A stretch of 19,100 nt of DNA from Archangiaceae bacterium (GCA_043750125.1 JAYVCD010000408.1:1-19100), one strand, 5' to 3'; shown: positions 1 to 9,441, counted from the first letter of the stretch. The notes: generated from the letters alone by a model not told the origin. Translations and numbers: made by a program.

Positions 1-417
1 CTCGCGCGCCGCCTGCTGCTGCGTCATCGGGTGCGAATCAAGCTCGACTGCTCTTTTGCGCCGATGGTGTTCTGGCATCGCCCTTCGCCCCGCGTGGCGC
101 GCTTTTTCGGCGTCGTGGGCTGCGAAGGCGGGAACCTGCTCGCGTCGGTGATGCCCGACGGAGCGCTCACCGGTTGCTCGTTCGGAGGCCCCACCGAGGC
201 CAGCATCTTCGACGAAGAGGGGACCCGCCGAGCCTTCGACCAGGGCTTCGGTGCGTTTCGCGATTACGTCGCGCAGGCCGCTGAACCCTGCGCCAGCTGC
301 GAATACCTTCCTTTGTGCAAAGGCGGCTGCCGGGTGGTGGCGAAGGCGAAGGGCAATTGGTGGCAGCCCGACCCTGGCTGCCCGAAGGTGATTGAGCATC
401 GGCGGGCGAAACCCTGA
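1..417 (+). CDS. Radical SAM protein, C-terminal SPASM domain (5' partial)
   Basis: Frame 1 is open from base 1 to TGA at 415-417. It contains GCEGG...VMPDG.LTGCS, CASCEYLPLCKGGCR (CxxCx5CxGGC) and DPGCP, the SPASM auxiliary Fe-S cluster pattern. Confidence 0.85.
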   Translation, partial: LARRLLLRHRVRIKLDCSFAPMVFWHRPSPRVARFFGVVGCEGGNLLASVMPDGALTGCSFGGPTEASIFDEEGTRRAFDQGFGAFRDYVAQAAEPCASCEYLPLCKGGCRVVAKAKGNWWQPDPGCPKVIEHRRAKP

Positions 418-424
418 CGCCGGG

Positions 425-1801
425 CTATTGCAGTTGAGGGCCCGGGGGCGACGCGAGCAGCAGGGCCAGCTTGTCGAGGTCGATGGGTTTGACGAGGTGC
501 CTTTCGAACCCAGCGGCACGAGAGCGGGCTTCTGCCTGTGGCCCGCTGTAGCCGGTGAGCGCGACGAGGCGAACCTTGCTGGCCCGGGGATCCGCGCGGA
601 CCCGGCGGGCCATTTCGTAGCCGTCGATTTCCGGCAGCCCCACGTCGATCAACGCGATGTCCGGCCGAAACGTCAGCACCTTCTTCAGCCCTTCGAGCCC
701 GTCCACCGCCACCTCGACTTCGTGGCCGAGGTCTTCGATCAAGGTCTTGAACGATTCCCGAATGTCTTCCTGGTCTTCGACGATCAACACCCGGCGTCGG
801 GCCGCCTCTCCGGGTTGGAGCGGCTTGAGGCGAGGCGAGGACTCACGCGGAGGGGGCGCCAATGGAAGGCGGACCACGAACTCGCTCCCCTGGCCGATTC
901 CTGCGCTGTGGGCGATGACGTTGCCCCGGTGCGTCTCGACCAGTTCCTTGACCAGCGTCAGCCCGATGCCCAGGCCCCCTTCTGCCCGGTCCAAGGCGGT
1001 GCTGACTTGAACGAAGGGGTTGAAGATTTCGCTCAGCATCTCTGAAGGAATCCCCCGCCCATTGTCCTTCACGCGCAGCACGGACCAGGCGAGGCCGTCG
1101 CTGATTTCCTGGACCACGCTCAACGAAATCTTTCCGCCCGCGGGGGTGTACTTCAGGGCATTGCCGAGCAGATTACAGACCACCTGTTCGAGGCGCTCGG
1201 GGTCCGCATCGAGCCAAAGGCGATCAGGCGCGAGGTCAATCGACAGTTCGTGGACCCAGGACACATTGGCGGCTCGCACCGTCTCGACCGCTCCGCGGAT
1301 CACCTGCGCCAGGTCGACGGGTTGTCTGCGCAGCTCGACTTTGCCGCGCGTGATGCGCGAAACATCGAGCAGGTCGTCGACCAGCCGGGCCAGCTTCCCG
1401 ACCTGGCGGGTGCAGTTGTCCTGAAGCACAGACGCGTTGGGCTCCGAAGACGCAGACCGATCGAACCGGTCGATCCGGTCGAGGACCGCGAGGCTGTTGC
1501 TGAGGGCGGCAATCGGAGTTCTCAGCTCGTGCGCGAGCATCGCCAGAAATCGGTCTTTGCGATGGTCGGCTTCTGCGGCCTGGGTAGGCGCGTTTCGTTC
1601 GGCCTCGGCGATGCGCTCGGACGCTTCCCGAGCCCGCTCGGCGTCCGATTGCCTGCGCCCCATCTGCAGTCGAGCGGCGAGATTTCCCGCGACCAGGTCG
1701 AGGAAGGCCCGGAATCTCTCATCGAACGGAAGGTGGGGGCTGACCCCCGCGACGAGAACTCCGATCGGGCGCAGCTCCCCGGGGCAGAGCAAGGGCAGCA
1801 C
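425..1801 (-). CDS. Hybrid sensor histidine kinase/response regulator (partial GAF, HisKA, HATPase_c, REC); probably N-terminally truncated
   Basis: H-box FLAMLAHELRTP, N-box QVVCNLLGNALKYT, G1 VKDNGRGI, G2 GGLGIGL, and receiver motifs VLIVEDQED, ALIDVGLPEIDG, ALTG, LVKP. The start at GTG falls inside a GAF-like segment. Confidence 0.88.
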   Translation of the reverse strand: MLPLLCPGELRPIGVLVAGVSPHLPFDERFRAFLDLVAGNLAARLQMGRRQSDAERAREASERIAEAERNAPTQAAEADHRKDRFLAMLAHELRTPIAALSNSLAVLDRIDRFDRSASSEPNASVLQDNCTRQVGKLARLVDDLLDVSRITRGKVELRRQPVDLAQVIRGAVETVRAANVSWVHELSIDLAPDRLWLDADPERLEQVVCNLLGNALKYTPAGGKISLSVVQEISDGLAWSVLRVKDNGRGIPSEMLSEIFNPFVQVSTALDRAEGGLGIGLTLVKELVETHRGNVIAHSAGIGQGSEFVVRLPLAPPPRESSPRLKPLQPGEAARRRVLIVEDQEDIRESFKTLIEDLGHEVEVAVDGLEGLKKVLTFRPDIALIDVGLPEIDGYEMARRVRADPRASKVRLVALTGYSGPQAEARSRAAGFERHLVKPIDLDKLALLLASPPGPQLQ

Positions 1802-1854
1802 CCGCGCGGATTGAACGGGAAGCTGTCCCGCGCTGGGGGGCAGACAGTCGAATC

Positions 1855-3153
1855 TTAGCGTTCTTCGAGCAGCCGCTTCACTTCAGCAGACAGCTTTTCG
1901 AAGTCGCCGGGCGCCCATCCGAATTGGCGCAAACGGACCCGGCCTTTTCGGTCGATCACCAGCTCAGTCGGAAGCTGGGTTACGTCCAACGGGGGCTCAG
2001 CCGACACGGACCGCGCGTCGGTCGCGATGGGAAAGGTCACCCGGGTCTCGCGCAGGAAGGCCGCGGTTTCGGGGGAGGAGGCTTCCTGCGCGATCCCAAT
2101 CACGGTCAGGCCCTGCTTGCGGTACTGGCGAAAGAGGGTTTCCAGCTGGGGAAAAGACGTTTTGCAGGGGCGGCAATAGCTGGCCCAGAAATCAATGATG
2201 ATTACTTTCCCCAGGTCGTCCGAGGGGCGCCAGGTCCCCCCGTCCAGCAGGGGCCAGGCGGCGTCGACCAGCGGTTGCCCCAGGCCCGCGTCCGGCGCGT
2301 CCTGCTTCGCGGCGTTCAAGCCCCAGTCGTAATCGCGAAAGACGATTCGGTAATCTTTGGACCGCGCGCGTTGAAGCGCCGGGGTGAGCGAAGGCTCGGC
2401 GTAGAGAGTCAGAAAACCAATCAGGTCCGCCTTCTGGGCATGGGTCCGCGCGAACTCGACGAAGTCTTTTTGGAACCAGTCGAAGATCGTCGAGAGAACC
2501 AGGGTTCGGTCGGCGTCGTTCACCGACACGTTCTGAGCGTTGTTGACGAAAGCGCGGGAAGCCGCATCGAGCTGCTCGGAAAGCCTTGGACCGACGAACG
2601 CCTCGGGCTTCAACCTCGGACAGGAGCGAGACCCACAGTTGATCGCGAAGTGGATGCGCGCATCTTTGAAGGTCCCGCGAATGATCTCGCCTTCCAGTTG
2701 ATCGAGCGTGAGCTGTCGTTTGCCGACCGGGAAGGTGAGGTCTTTGAAGAACGCGTTCCCGCTCTGTAAACCGCCATCGCGCCCGGTGACTTCTTTCACC
2801 GAGGACAGCGGCCAGCGCCGAAGGATTTCTCGAATCACCACCGCGTTGTAGAGATTGATCCAGTAACCCAGTTGGTCCGCGCTCGAGCCGTAGAGCTGCG
2901 GTGCCTGGTCCGGCGACGAGCGCGTCATCTGGGTCAGGTAATTCTCGAGGCGCGCCCGGTCGGCCGCATTCGCGTGCCACCGCTCGTAGCTCACGGTTCC
3001 ATCGGGGCCCAGGTAGGTCGAAAGCAGCTCTCCGTACGGGCGTTGAAGCGCGGCCGCCGTGCGCCCAGCGTCCGCACTCGACGACGACGTGCCGGCCCAC
3101 GCCCCCCAGGGAAGCAGAGCGACCACACACGCGAGGATCCAGGGAGCTTTCAA
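1855..3153 (-). CDS. Secreted DUF547-domain protein fused to a C-terminal TlpA/ResA-type thioredoxin domain
   Basis: Signal peptide MKAPWILACVVALLPWGAWA. DUF547 motifs YWINLYNA, DARIHFAINCGSRSCP and YDWGLN. Then IIDFWASYCRPC and cis-Pro loop LPTELVIDRKG. Confidence 0.85.
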   Translation of the reverse strand: MKAPWILACVVALLPWGAWAGTSSSSADAGRTAAALQRPYGELLSTYLGPDGTVSYERWHANAADRARLENYLTQMTRSSPDQAPQLYGSSADQLGYWINLYNAVVIREILRRWPLSSVKEVTGRDGGLQSGNAFFKDLTFPVGKRQLTLDQLEGEIIRGTFKDARIHFAINCGSRSCPRLKPEAFVGPRLSEQLDAASRAFVNNAQNVSVNDADRTLVLSTIFDWFQKDFVEFARTHAQKADLIGFLTLYAEPSLTPALQRARSKDYRIVFRDYDWGLNAAKQDAPDAGLGQPLVDAAWPLLDGGTWRPSDDLGKVIIIDFWASYCRPCKTSFPQLETLFRQYRKQGLTVIGIAQEASSPETAAFLRETRVTFPIATDARSVSAEPPLDVTQLPTELVIDRKGRVRLRQFGWAPGDFEKLSAEVKRLLEER

Positions 3154-3275
3154 TAGAAGTGCGCCGAAGCGCTGGCGGAAGTCCCCAAGTCTACTGAAGG
3201 CGAAGCTCCGAATTCACCCGAAGCCCGCCTTTCCCCTGACGCGCAGCGCCTTCGTCGCGAGCTGATCGCAAAACG

Positions 3276-3461
3276 TCACGGCTCGATCGAGACCAGCGTC
3301 GCGATCCCCTCCCCAGAGTTGAATGCCGCGGGCGTCGAGCGGACCAGCGTCGACTCGACGTTCGAGTGGACACCCTGGAACATCGACGCCACGGCGCCGA
3401 CGCAGAACAGCCAGGCACACAGAAGCAAGAGGGGAGCGAGAAAGAAACGGGCGTTGAGCAC
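3276..3461 (-). CDS. Small hypothetical protein (61 aa) with N-terminal hydrophobic helix
   Basis: GTG start preceded by GAGG at 5-nt spacing. Hydrophobic stretch FFLAPLLLLCAWLFCVGAVA. Fills an intergenic gap, and a sigma54-like site lies upstream. Confidence 0.5.
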   Translation of the reverse strand: MLNARFFLAPLLLLCAWLFCVGAVASMFQGVHSNVESTLVRSTPAAFNSGEGIATLVSIEP

Positions 3462-3505
3462 AGCGACCTCGGGGGTGGGTGTTGTTGAAATGCACCGACC
3501 CCCTT

Positions 3506-3521
3506 CGCAGCGATCACGCCA
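3506..3521 (-). promoter_or_regulatory. Candidate sigma54 (-24/-12) promoter for the 61-aa ORF
   Basis: Minus strand reads TGGCGTGATCGCTGCG, with exact GG-N10-GC spacing, about 45 nt upstream of the GTG. Confidence 0.35.
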
Positions 3522-3633
3522 GTCGGTTCTCGCTCCAACCCGTTGAAATAACGTGGTTTGGCAGCGAGCAAAGAGGCGGGCACCGGTCGAGATCCGGACT
3601 GCCGTCTGTGAACGGGGACCTTGCGCCCGCCCT

Positions 3634-4515
3634 TCAAAGGCTGAAGCGCTTCACCCGGCCGGCGAGCTGCGCTGCGACCCTGGTGCCCCAGGCCTCGAAG
3701 CGGGCGCGGGGGACGCCTTTCCATTCGAGCCCTTCGAGGGTCTGGGGAAGCGGGACGTAGGTTCGCAGCAGAGCCAGGGTCCGGTACAGCTTCGCAAGCT
3801 CGAGGTTCGCGGCGAGCGCCGCCGCCATCTTGTCCGCCCCTCGCGGCTTCACCTTCCACTCGTAGGGGTGACGGGGAATCTCTTCGAGGTGTCGGTAGCT
3901 GCCCAGCACTTCGGCGGTGCCTTTCTCACCCCAGCCATCGATGCCGGGAATCCCGTCGGCGGTGTCGCCCACCAGCGCGAGAAAATCAGGAACGCTCGAG
4001 GGCAAGATCCCTTTTTGCGCCAGCTGGCTGGCCTCGGTGATGACCTTGTTTCGCATCCGGTCGAGCTGGACGACCCGGTCGGCGTGCAGGCACTGCCCCA
4101 GGTCTTTGTCGGGAGTGAGGATTCTCACCTGGCTGACCCGCGCGTCGTCCGCGAAGCGTACGGCGGCGGCTGCGAGCGCATCGTCGGCTTCGAATTCCCT
4201 CATCGACCAGACGACGATTCCCAGCGCAGAGACCGCTTCTTCTACGTCGTCGAACTGAGATCTGAGCTCTTCGGGAATTCCAGCGTCGCTCTTGTAGCCT
4301 TCGAAGAGGTCGTTTCGGAACGAGACGATCGGGTTGTCGAAGGCCACCGCGAGGTGGGTCACCGCTTCGATCGGGTCGTCGAGCAGCCCCAGCAGGGACT
4401 GAACGACCCCCACCGTGGCCTTCAAATCTCGCCCGTTCGGGTCCGCGTGGGCAGGGCGCTTGCTGAAATGAGCCCGAAATAATTCGTAGGTGCCGTCAAC
4501 GAGGTGAACTCGCAT
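3634..4515 (-). CDS. Stand-alone 5'-3' exonuclease / flap endonuclease (PolI N-terminal-like, PIN + H3TH)
   Basis: Motifs VHLVDGTYELFRAHF, VAFD, FRNDLFEGYK, EADD, DKDL and LVGDTADGIPGIDGWGEK. No polymerase domain follows. Confidence 0.92.
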   Translation of the reverse strand: MRVHLVDGTYELFRAHFSKRPAHADPNGRDLKATVGVVQSLLGLLDDPIEAVTHLAVAFDNPIVSFRNDLFEGYKSDAGIPEELRSQFDDVEEAVSALGIVVWSMREFEADDALAAAAVRFADDARVSQVRILTPDKDLGQCLHADRVVQLDRMRNKVITEASQLAQKGILPSSVPDFLALVGDTADGIPGIDGWGEKGTAEVLGSYRHLEEIPRHPYEWKVKPRGADKMAAALAANLELAKLYRTLALLRTYVPLPQTLEGLEWKGVPRARFEAWGTRVAAQLAGRVKRFSL

Positions 4516-4528
4516 TTGACGCGTTTAG

Positions 4529-5671
<1,143 letters not shown>

Positions 5672-5747
5672 TGTCGTCTACAGATTTCGGTGTGACTTTG
5701 GGTTGACAGTTCGACCTCCCCAAGCTCCCGCCGATAGGGGCCGAAGG

Positions 5748-5763
5748 TGGCACCCCCGATGCT
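5748..5763 (+). promoter_or_regulatory. Candidate sigma54 (-24/-12) promoter upstream of the zinc-ribbon/Tad cluster
   Basis: TGGCACCCCCGATGCT versus consensus TGGCACGN4TTGCW: two mismatches and exact GG-N10-GC spacing. Confidence 0.4.
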
Positions 5764-5810
5764 GATACGGGGTCGTGTTCCTCAGCCTCGCCATGGTTTC
5801 TTCCAGACCG

Positions 5811-6107
5811 ATGCTCGGCACCTGTCAGCACTGCGGGTCACAACTGGCGGTGGGAGCCGTGGCTTGCTTCCGCTGCGGCCGAATGGTCGCCCGGGTCGAA
5901 GAGGGGGGCACCGGCGCGAGCGTGATCGTCGCTAACAAGGCGTACGACCCCACCGAGGGCTCTCAGGCCGCAGGCTCGGGGCGAATGGTGAAGTTGATCA
6001 AAGCCGCCTACCCGGGCAGCACCTGGAAGGACGCGGTCCAGGCGTACGACGGGCTTCGCGATGACATTCCCGGAATGTCTCAACCGGTGTCGGTGACGGG
6101 GCGATGA
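5811..6107 (+). CDS. Small zinc-ribbon protein, possibly a deletion chimera; stop overlaps next start (ATGA)
   Basis: CQHC...CFRC double CxxC at the N-terminus. Alternative starts at 5775 and 5793. TGA at 6105-6107 overlaps ATG at 6104. Confidence 0.5.
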   Translation: MLGTCQHCGSQLAVGAVACFRCGRMVARVEEGGTGASVIVANKAYDPTEGSQAAGSGRMVKLIKAAYPGSTWKDAVQAYDGLRDDIPGMSQPVSVTGR

Positions 6108-7161
6108 GGCTGCGGCCCGCGCGAGGTCAGGCGACCACCGAGCTCGCGCTGAGCGCGCTGGTGTTCGTGGTGGTGCTGCTGTTCGGGATCTACTTTGGCG
6201 AAGTGCCGGTGATGATGTTGAAGGTCAAAGAGGCGGCGAACTTCTCGGTCACCCACGCCACCGGCTCGCGCACCCACCTGTTCAACGGGCTGAACATCGC
6301 CTCGGCCACCCGTTTGCTCCGTTCGACCCGACGCGCGTGGGTAGCGAGACCCAGGCCCGGTATCGGGACTTCGACGGAATGAGCGACCGCGCCGGGGGAG
6401 CGAGCTTCACCCAGGCGATGACCCGCGCTGAAAACCTGAGCGTGGAATGCACCGCCGACAACCGGATTTCGTTTGGGGTCGATCGGCCCGGCAACACCAA
6501 GCGCGCGGCCACCGGGCAGGCGGCGTACGACGCGACCTTCAACTTCTTGCGCAACCGGTACAAGAACAGCGGAGGGGTGGCGTGCTCGGTCTCGGCCACG
6601 GCCACTCCGTTTCGGATGCCCGCCTCGCTGGTGGACACCGGCCCCGGGGCGCTGTCGCAAACCCAACTGAGGACGCGCGGAGCCTTCACGTTGTGCGGAG
6701 CGGGTCGGCTTTCGGGCAACACCTGCTGCGGAGAGCTGTTGGTGCTCACCGGCGACTGGGGCTTCGATGGTCCGATGGGCAGCCCAATCAACGGGGACGT
6801 GAAGAGCTTTCAGGACAATGAAATCGTCAATGACCCCTGCGCGGGGTTCGTGAAGCGGCTGTACGAAGAGAACGGCGACAGCCAGGGCAGCGCGGGGCGA
6901 AAGATGCTGCGGGTGGTCGCCGGGGTGGTCTCGGGACAGCCCGAATACCTCGATGAGAGTCAGTTCAACATGAGCTTCCTGGGCGACCGCGGGACCCGCG
7001 ACGTGGTGCAGGTGGACCGCTTCGTCGTCGACGAGCCGCAGCTGCGGTACCAGACCAGCGGCGCCGACATGCGCAGCAACTACGTCAATTAAAACGAGGG
7101 CACCGGGCTGGCAGTCGGGATCCCCCCTTGCTTTCTCGGGCTGGCCGGTTGCGGGCAATAA
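6104..7161 (+). pseudogene. TadE/TadG-like Flp pseudopilin, with a frameshift near 6310 and a probable premature TAA at 7090-7092
   Basis: Prepilin motif RGQATTELAL followed by a hydrophobic helix. Adding one C to the CCC at 6309-6311 fuses ORF 6104 to ORF 6337. The frame continues past TAA as NEGTGLAVGIPPCFLGLAGCGQ* (ends 7161). Confidence 0.75.
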
Positions 7162-7537
7162 TTTCACTGGCGTTGCTGCTGGCGGTTCCGCCTCCCAACG
7201 GCCAGTTCCAGATGCAGGGAGCGCCGCAGGTGACCGGCTACGACCCGGTCGGCTTCCGCACCTACACCGCGGTGTTCAAAGAGAACGGCGATGGAAGCAC
7301 GACGTTGATCTGCGGCACCGCGAAAGCCTCGCTGCCTGTCTTACCCGCGGCGAGGCAAGTGCTCGAGTCGCGGCTCGAGAGTGCGCTGTCGGTCAGCTAA
7401 CTGGTCAAGGCCAGCGCGCTCGAAGTGCGCTCGTTCTACGGCGAGGTGCTCGGCTCGACCGGGTGGTCCGCGGTGGAAGATGCGCAGGGCTGCGCCGGGT
7501 GGTGGTGGTCGAACGCCGGGTGGGGCTCGACAAATGA
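7149..7537 (+). pseudogene. Decayed secreted Tad-cluster accessory protein (in-frame TAA at 7398-7400, frameshift near 7490)
   Basis: Signal-like start LRAIISLALLLAVP. The frame continues after TAA as LVKASALEVRSFYGEVLGSTGW. A shifted frame gives LRRVVVVERRVGLDK* with TGA overlapping the next ATG at 7534. Confidence 0.55.
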
Positions 7538-7941
7538 GGCGCGCGCGTGGGCAAGCGGCAGTCGAGACGGCGCTGACGTTGCCGCTGCTGTTGTTCATGT
7601 TGCTGGGCACGCTGCAGTTGTTCACTTTGCTTCAGGGAAGAATTCTCGCCCGGGCCGAATGCGCCCGCGAAACGAAGCTGCGCAGCGCGAAAAATTCGTA
7701 CCAGGCGACGAAGGACGCAGGTCGAGACGGGCCGGTGGTGTGGCTCAATCGGGTGCGCCCGCTGGTGGGGACGATCAACGCCGCGCTGGAAGAGGATCTG
7801 TGAAACCTTCCTGAAGGGCCCGACCGCACCCTCGAAGTGCGAATGAGGTTCTGGTTTCCGTTGAAGATTCCGTTCGCCAACTGGGCGTTCGCGATGCGAA
7901 TGATGTCGCCGGCAAGGTTCGTTCTTCAGAACTGCCAGTAG
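7534..7941 (+). pseudogene. TadE-family pseudopilin with premature TGA (7801-7803) and probable internal deletions
   Basis: MRRARGQAAVETALTLPLLLFMLLGTLQL is a clear TadE N-terminus. The in-frame continuation after TGA reads NLPEGPDRTLEVRMRFWFPLKIPFANW...MRMMSP...QNCQ* (TAG 7939-7941). Confidence 0.75.
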
Positions 7942-7966
7942 CCAGGCTCGATGTTAGAGAGAGCCG

Positions 7967-8437
7967 ATGTCCTTCTTCGACCTCAAGACCCAGACCCTCG
8001 ACGGCAAGCCGGCGGACCTCTCGCAGTACAAAGGCAAGGTGGTGGTGGTGGTCAACACCGCCTCGGCCTGCGGCTACACCCCGCAGTACGAGGGGCTCGA
8101 GAAGCTCTACGAAGAGATGAAAGACCAGGGCGTGGTGGTGCTCGGCTTTCCGTCCAACGACTTCGGGGGACAGGAACCGGGGACCCCGGAAGAAATCAAA
8201 TCATTCTGCACCCTGAAGTTCGACGTTCACTTCCCGATGTTCGCGAAGGTGAAGACCAAGGGCGAAGGCCAATCGCCAATCTACGCGTTTCTCGCCGCGA
8301 AGGAAGGCGAGCCGAAGTGGAACTTCCACAAGTACGTGGTCGGGAAGGATGGCGAGGTGAAGAACGCGTTCAAGAGCAGCGTGACGCCTGAAAGCCCTGA
8401 GCTGCGGTCTGCGATCGCCGCCGCGCTCAAAGCGTGA
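7967..8437 (+). CDS. Glutathione peroxidase family protein (Cys-type, BtuE/Gpx-like)
   Basis: Motifs VNTASACGYTPQYEGLE, LGFPSNDFGGQEPG and KWNFHKYVV. The active-site codon is TGC. Confidence 0.96.
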   Translation: MSFFDLKTQTLDGKPADLSQYKGKVVVVVNTASACGYTPQYEGLEKLYEEMKDQGVVVLGFPSNDFGGQEPGTPEEIKSFCTLKFDVHFPMFAKVKTKGEGQSPIYAFLAAKEGEPKWNFHKYVVGKDGEVKNAFKSSVTPESPELRSAIAAALKA

Positions 8438-8441
8438 CCCG

Positions 8442-8691
8442 CTAGAGAAACTTGCCCAGCAGCACGCCCAGGACGACCAACGACACTGCTGCGGCGAGCA
8501 AGATCAGCGGGCTGAGATAAGAAGGTCGCGTCGCGGTGAGCTCGTGCGCGGCGCTGGGGGCGGTGGGGTCTTCTCGCGCTGCACCTGGCTCGGCTGCAGG
8601 TTGTGGCTGGGGCTCGAGCGCGTTGAAGCCGTCCCGCTGGGTCTGGATCTGCTGGGGATCTTCCGCGTCCTCGAGAGACCTTTCCGTTCAT
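8442..8691 (-). pseudogene. Small Pro/acidic protein with C-terminal TM anchor; ATG is one base out of frame (not in ORF track)
   Basis: 8687..8442 reads TERSLEDAEDPQQIQTQRDGFNALEPQPQPAAEPGAAREDPTAPSAAHELTATRPSYLSPLILLAAAVSLVVLGVLLGKFL*. It is preceded by ATG-A-ACG. Confidence 0.5.
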
Positions 8692-8807
8692 CCCGAGAGC
8701 AGTCGAGGGACGACCGGTGCGAGTCTGCGCTCGAGAGGCCCACCCGCGGTAGGGTGGACAAGAGATGGACGTGGGCTGCCAAGCAGGACTTTGGTGAGAG
8801 GCACCCG

Positions 8808-9392
8808 CTACTCGTCGACCGTCACCTTCTCGTCTTCCTCTTCCTTCGTCAGCACCGGGTTGGGCAGGGTGTCCAGCAGCGGCCGCAACAGGTTCATCCC
8901 CAGGGGAATGTAGCGCTCGACCTCGGGCGCGAATTCCTTCCCGTACATTGCGGTGACTTCGATCAGCTTGTCGTCCTTGAGGGGAAACGAGCCGCCGGCG
9001 TTGGCCGCCCACAGCTCGAGTCCGTCGGTGCAGCGCAGCAGCTTGCCTTCCACGCTCGCCTCGAAGCCTTCCCCCCTGGCCGTCACCACCGGCTTGAGCC
9101 AGAGCATTCCTTCCGTGCCCTCGATGCAGACGGCGGCGAGCTCGACTGGCTCGGCCTGCACCCGCTCGGCGCGAACGAGGAAGTTGCGCTTCATGTTCAC
9201 GTAGCGGCGCACCAGGCGAGACCAGGCTTCGCCGGCTTTTTGCTGCCCGTCGGGGGGCGGCTGGACCACCACGGTCAGGCGCTTGACCTTGTCCGCGTGC
9301 GCGCTCGACCAGTCGTCGCGCACTCGGGCCATCTTCACCACCGAACAACCCGACAGCATCAGCAGCAGCGAAAGGATCAGGCGCAGAGTCAT
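8808..9392 (-). CDS. Lipoprotein, resembles MXAN_6521/LA_1396-family lipoprotein
   Basis: ATG 9392 gives MTLRLILSLLLMLSGC (lipobox LSGC), 194 aa. The family name is recalled from resemblance (VKRL.VV.QP.PDG) and was not searched. Confidence 0.75.
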   Translation of the reverse strand: MTLRLILSLLLMLSGCSVVKMARVRDDWSSAHADKVKRLTVVVQPPPDGQQKAGEAWSRLVRRYVNMKRNFLVRAERVQAEPVELAAVCIEGTEGMLWLKPVVTARGEGFEASVEGKLLRCTDGLELWAANAGGSFPLKDDKLIEVTAMYGKEFAPEVERYIPLGMNLLRPLLDTLPNPVLTKEEEDEKVTVDE

Positions 9393-9441
9393 GGGCCGGA
9401 ATCTATTGACCTTCAGTCCACGCTGTAAGCAGAACAGTCGG

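Noticed and set aside
3634-4515. Flap endonuclease as the cause of the local deletions or as a defence gene
   Set aside because: It is a common stand-alone housekeeping nuclease, and nothing in the sequence links it to the lesions beyond proximity.
5703-5708. Perfect TTGACA -35 hexamer after mreB
   Set aside because: No plausible -10 element lies 16-18 nt downstream.
7090-7803. Stop-codon reassignment or programmed readthrough explaining in-frame TAA, TAA and TGA in Tad genes
   Set aside because: Two different stop codons are involved, intact genes in the window end normally at TAA and TGA, and the same genes also carry frameshifts.
7967-8437. Possible selenocysteine glutathione peroxidase
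   Set aside because: The catalytic codon is TGC (Cys) and there is no in-frame TGA.
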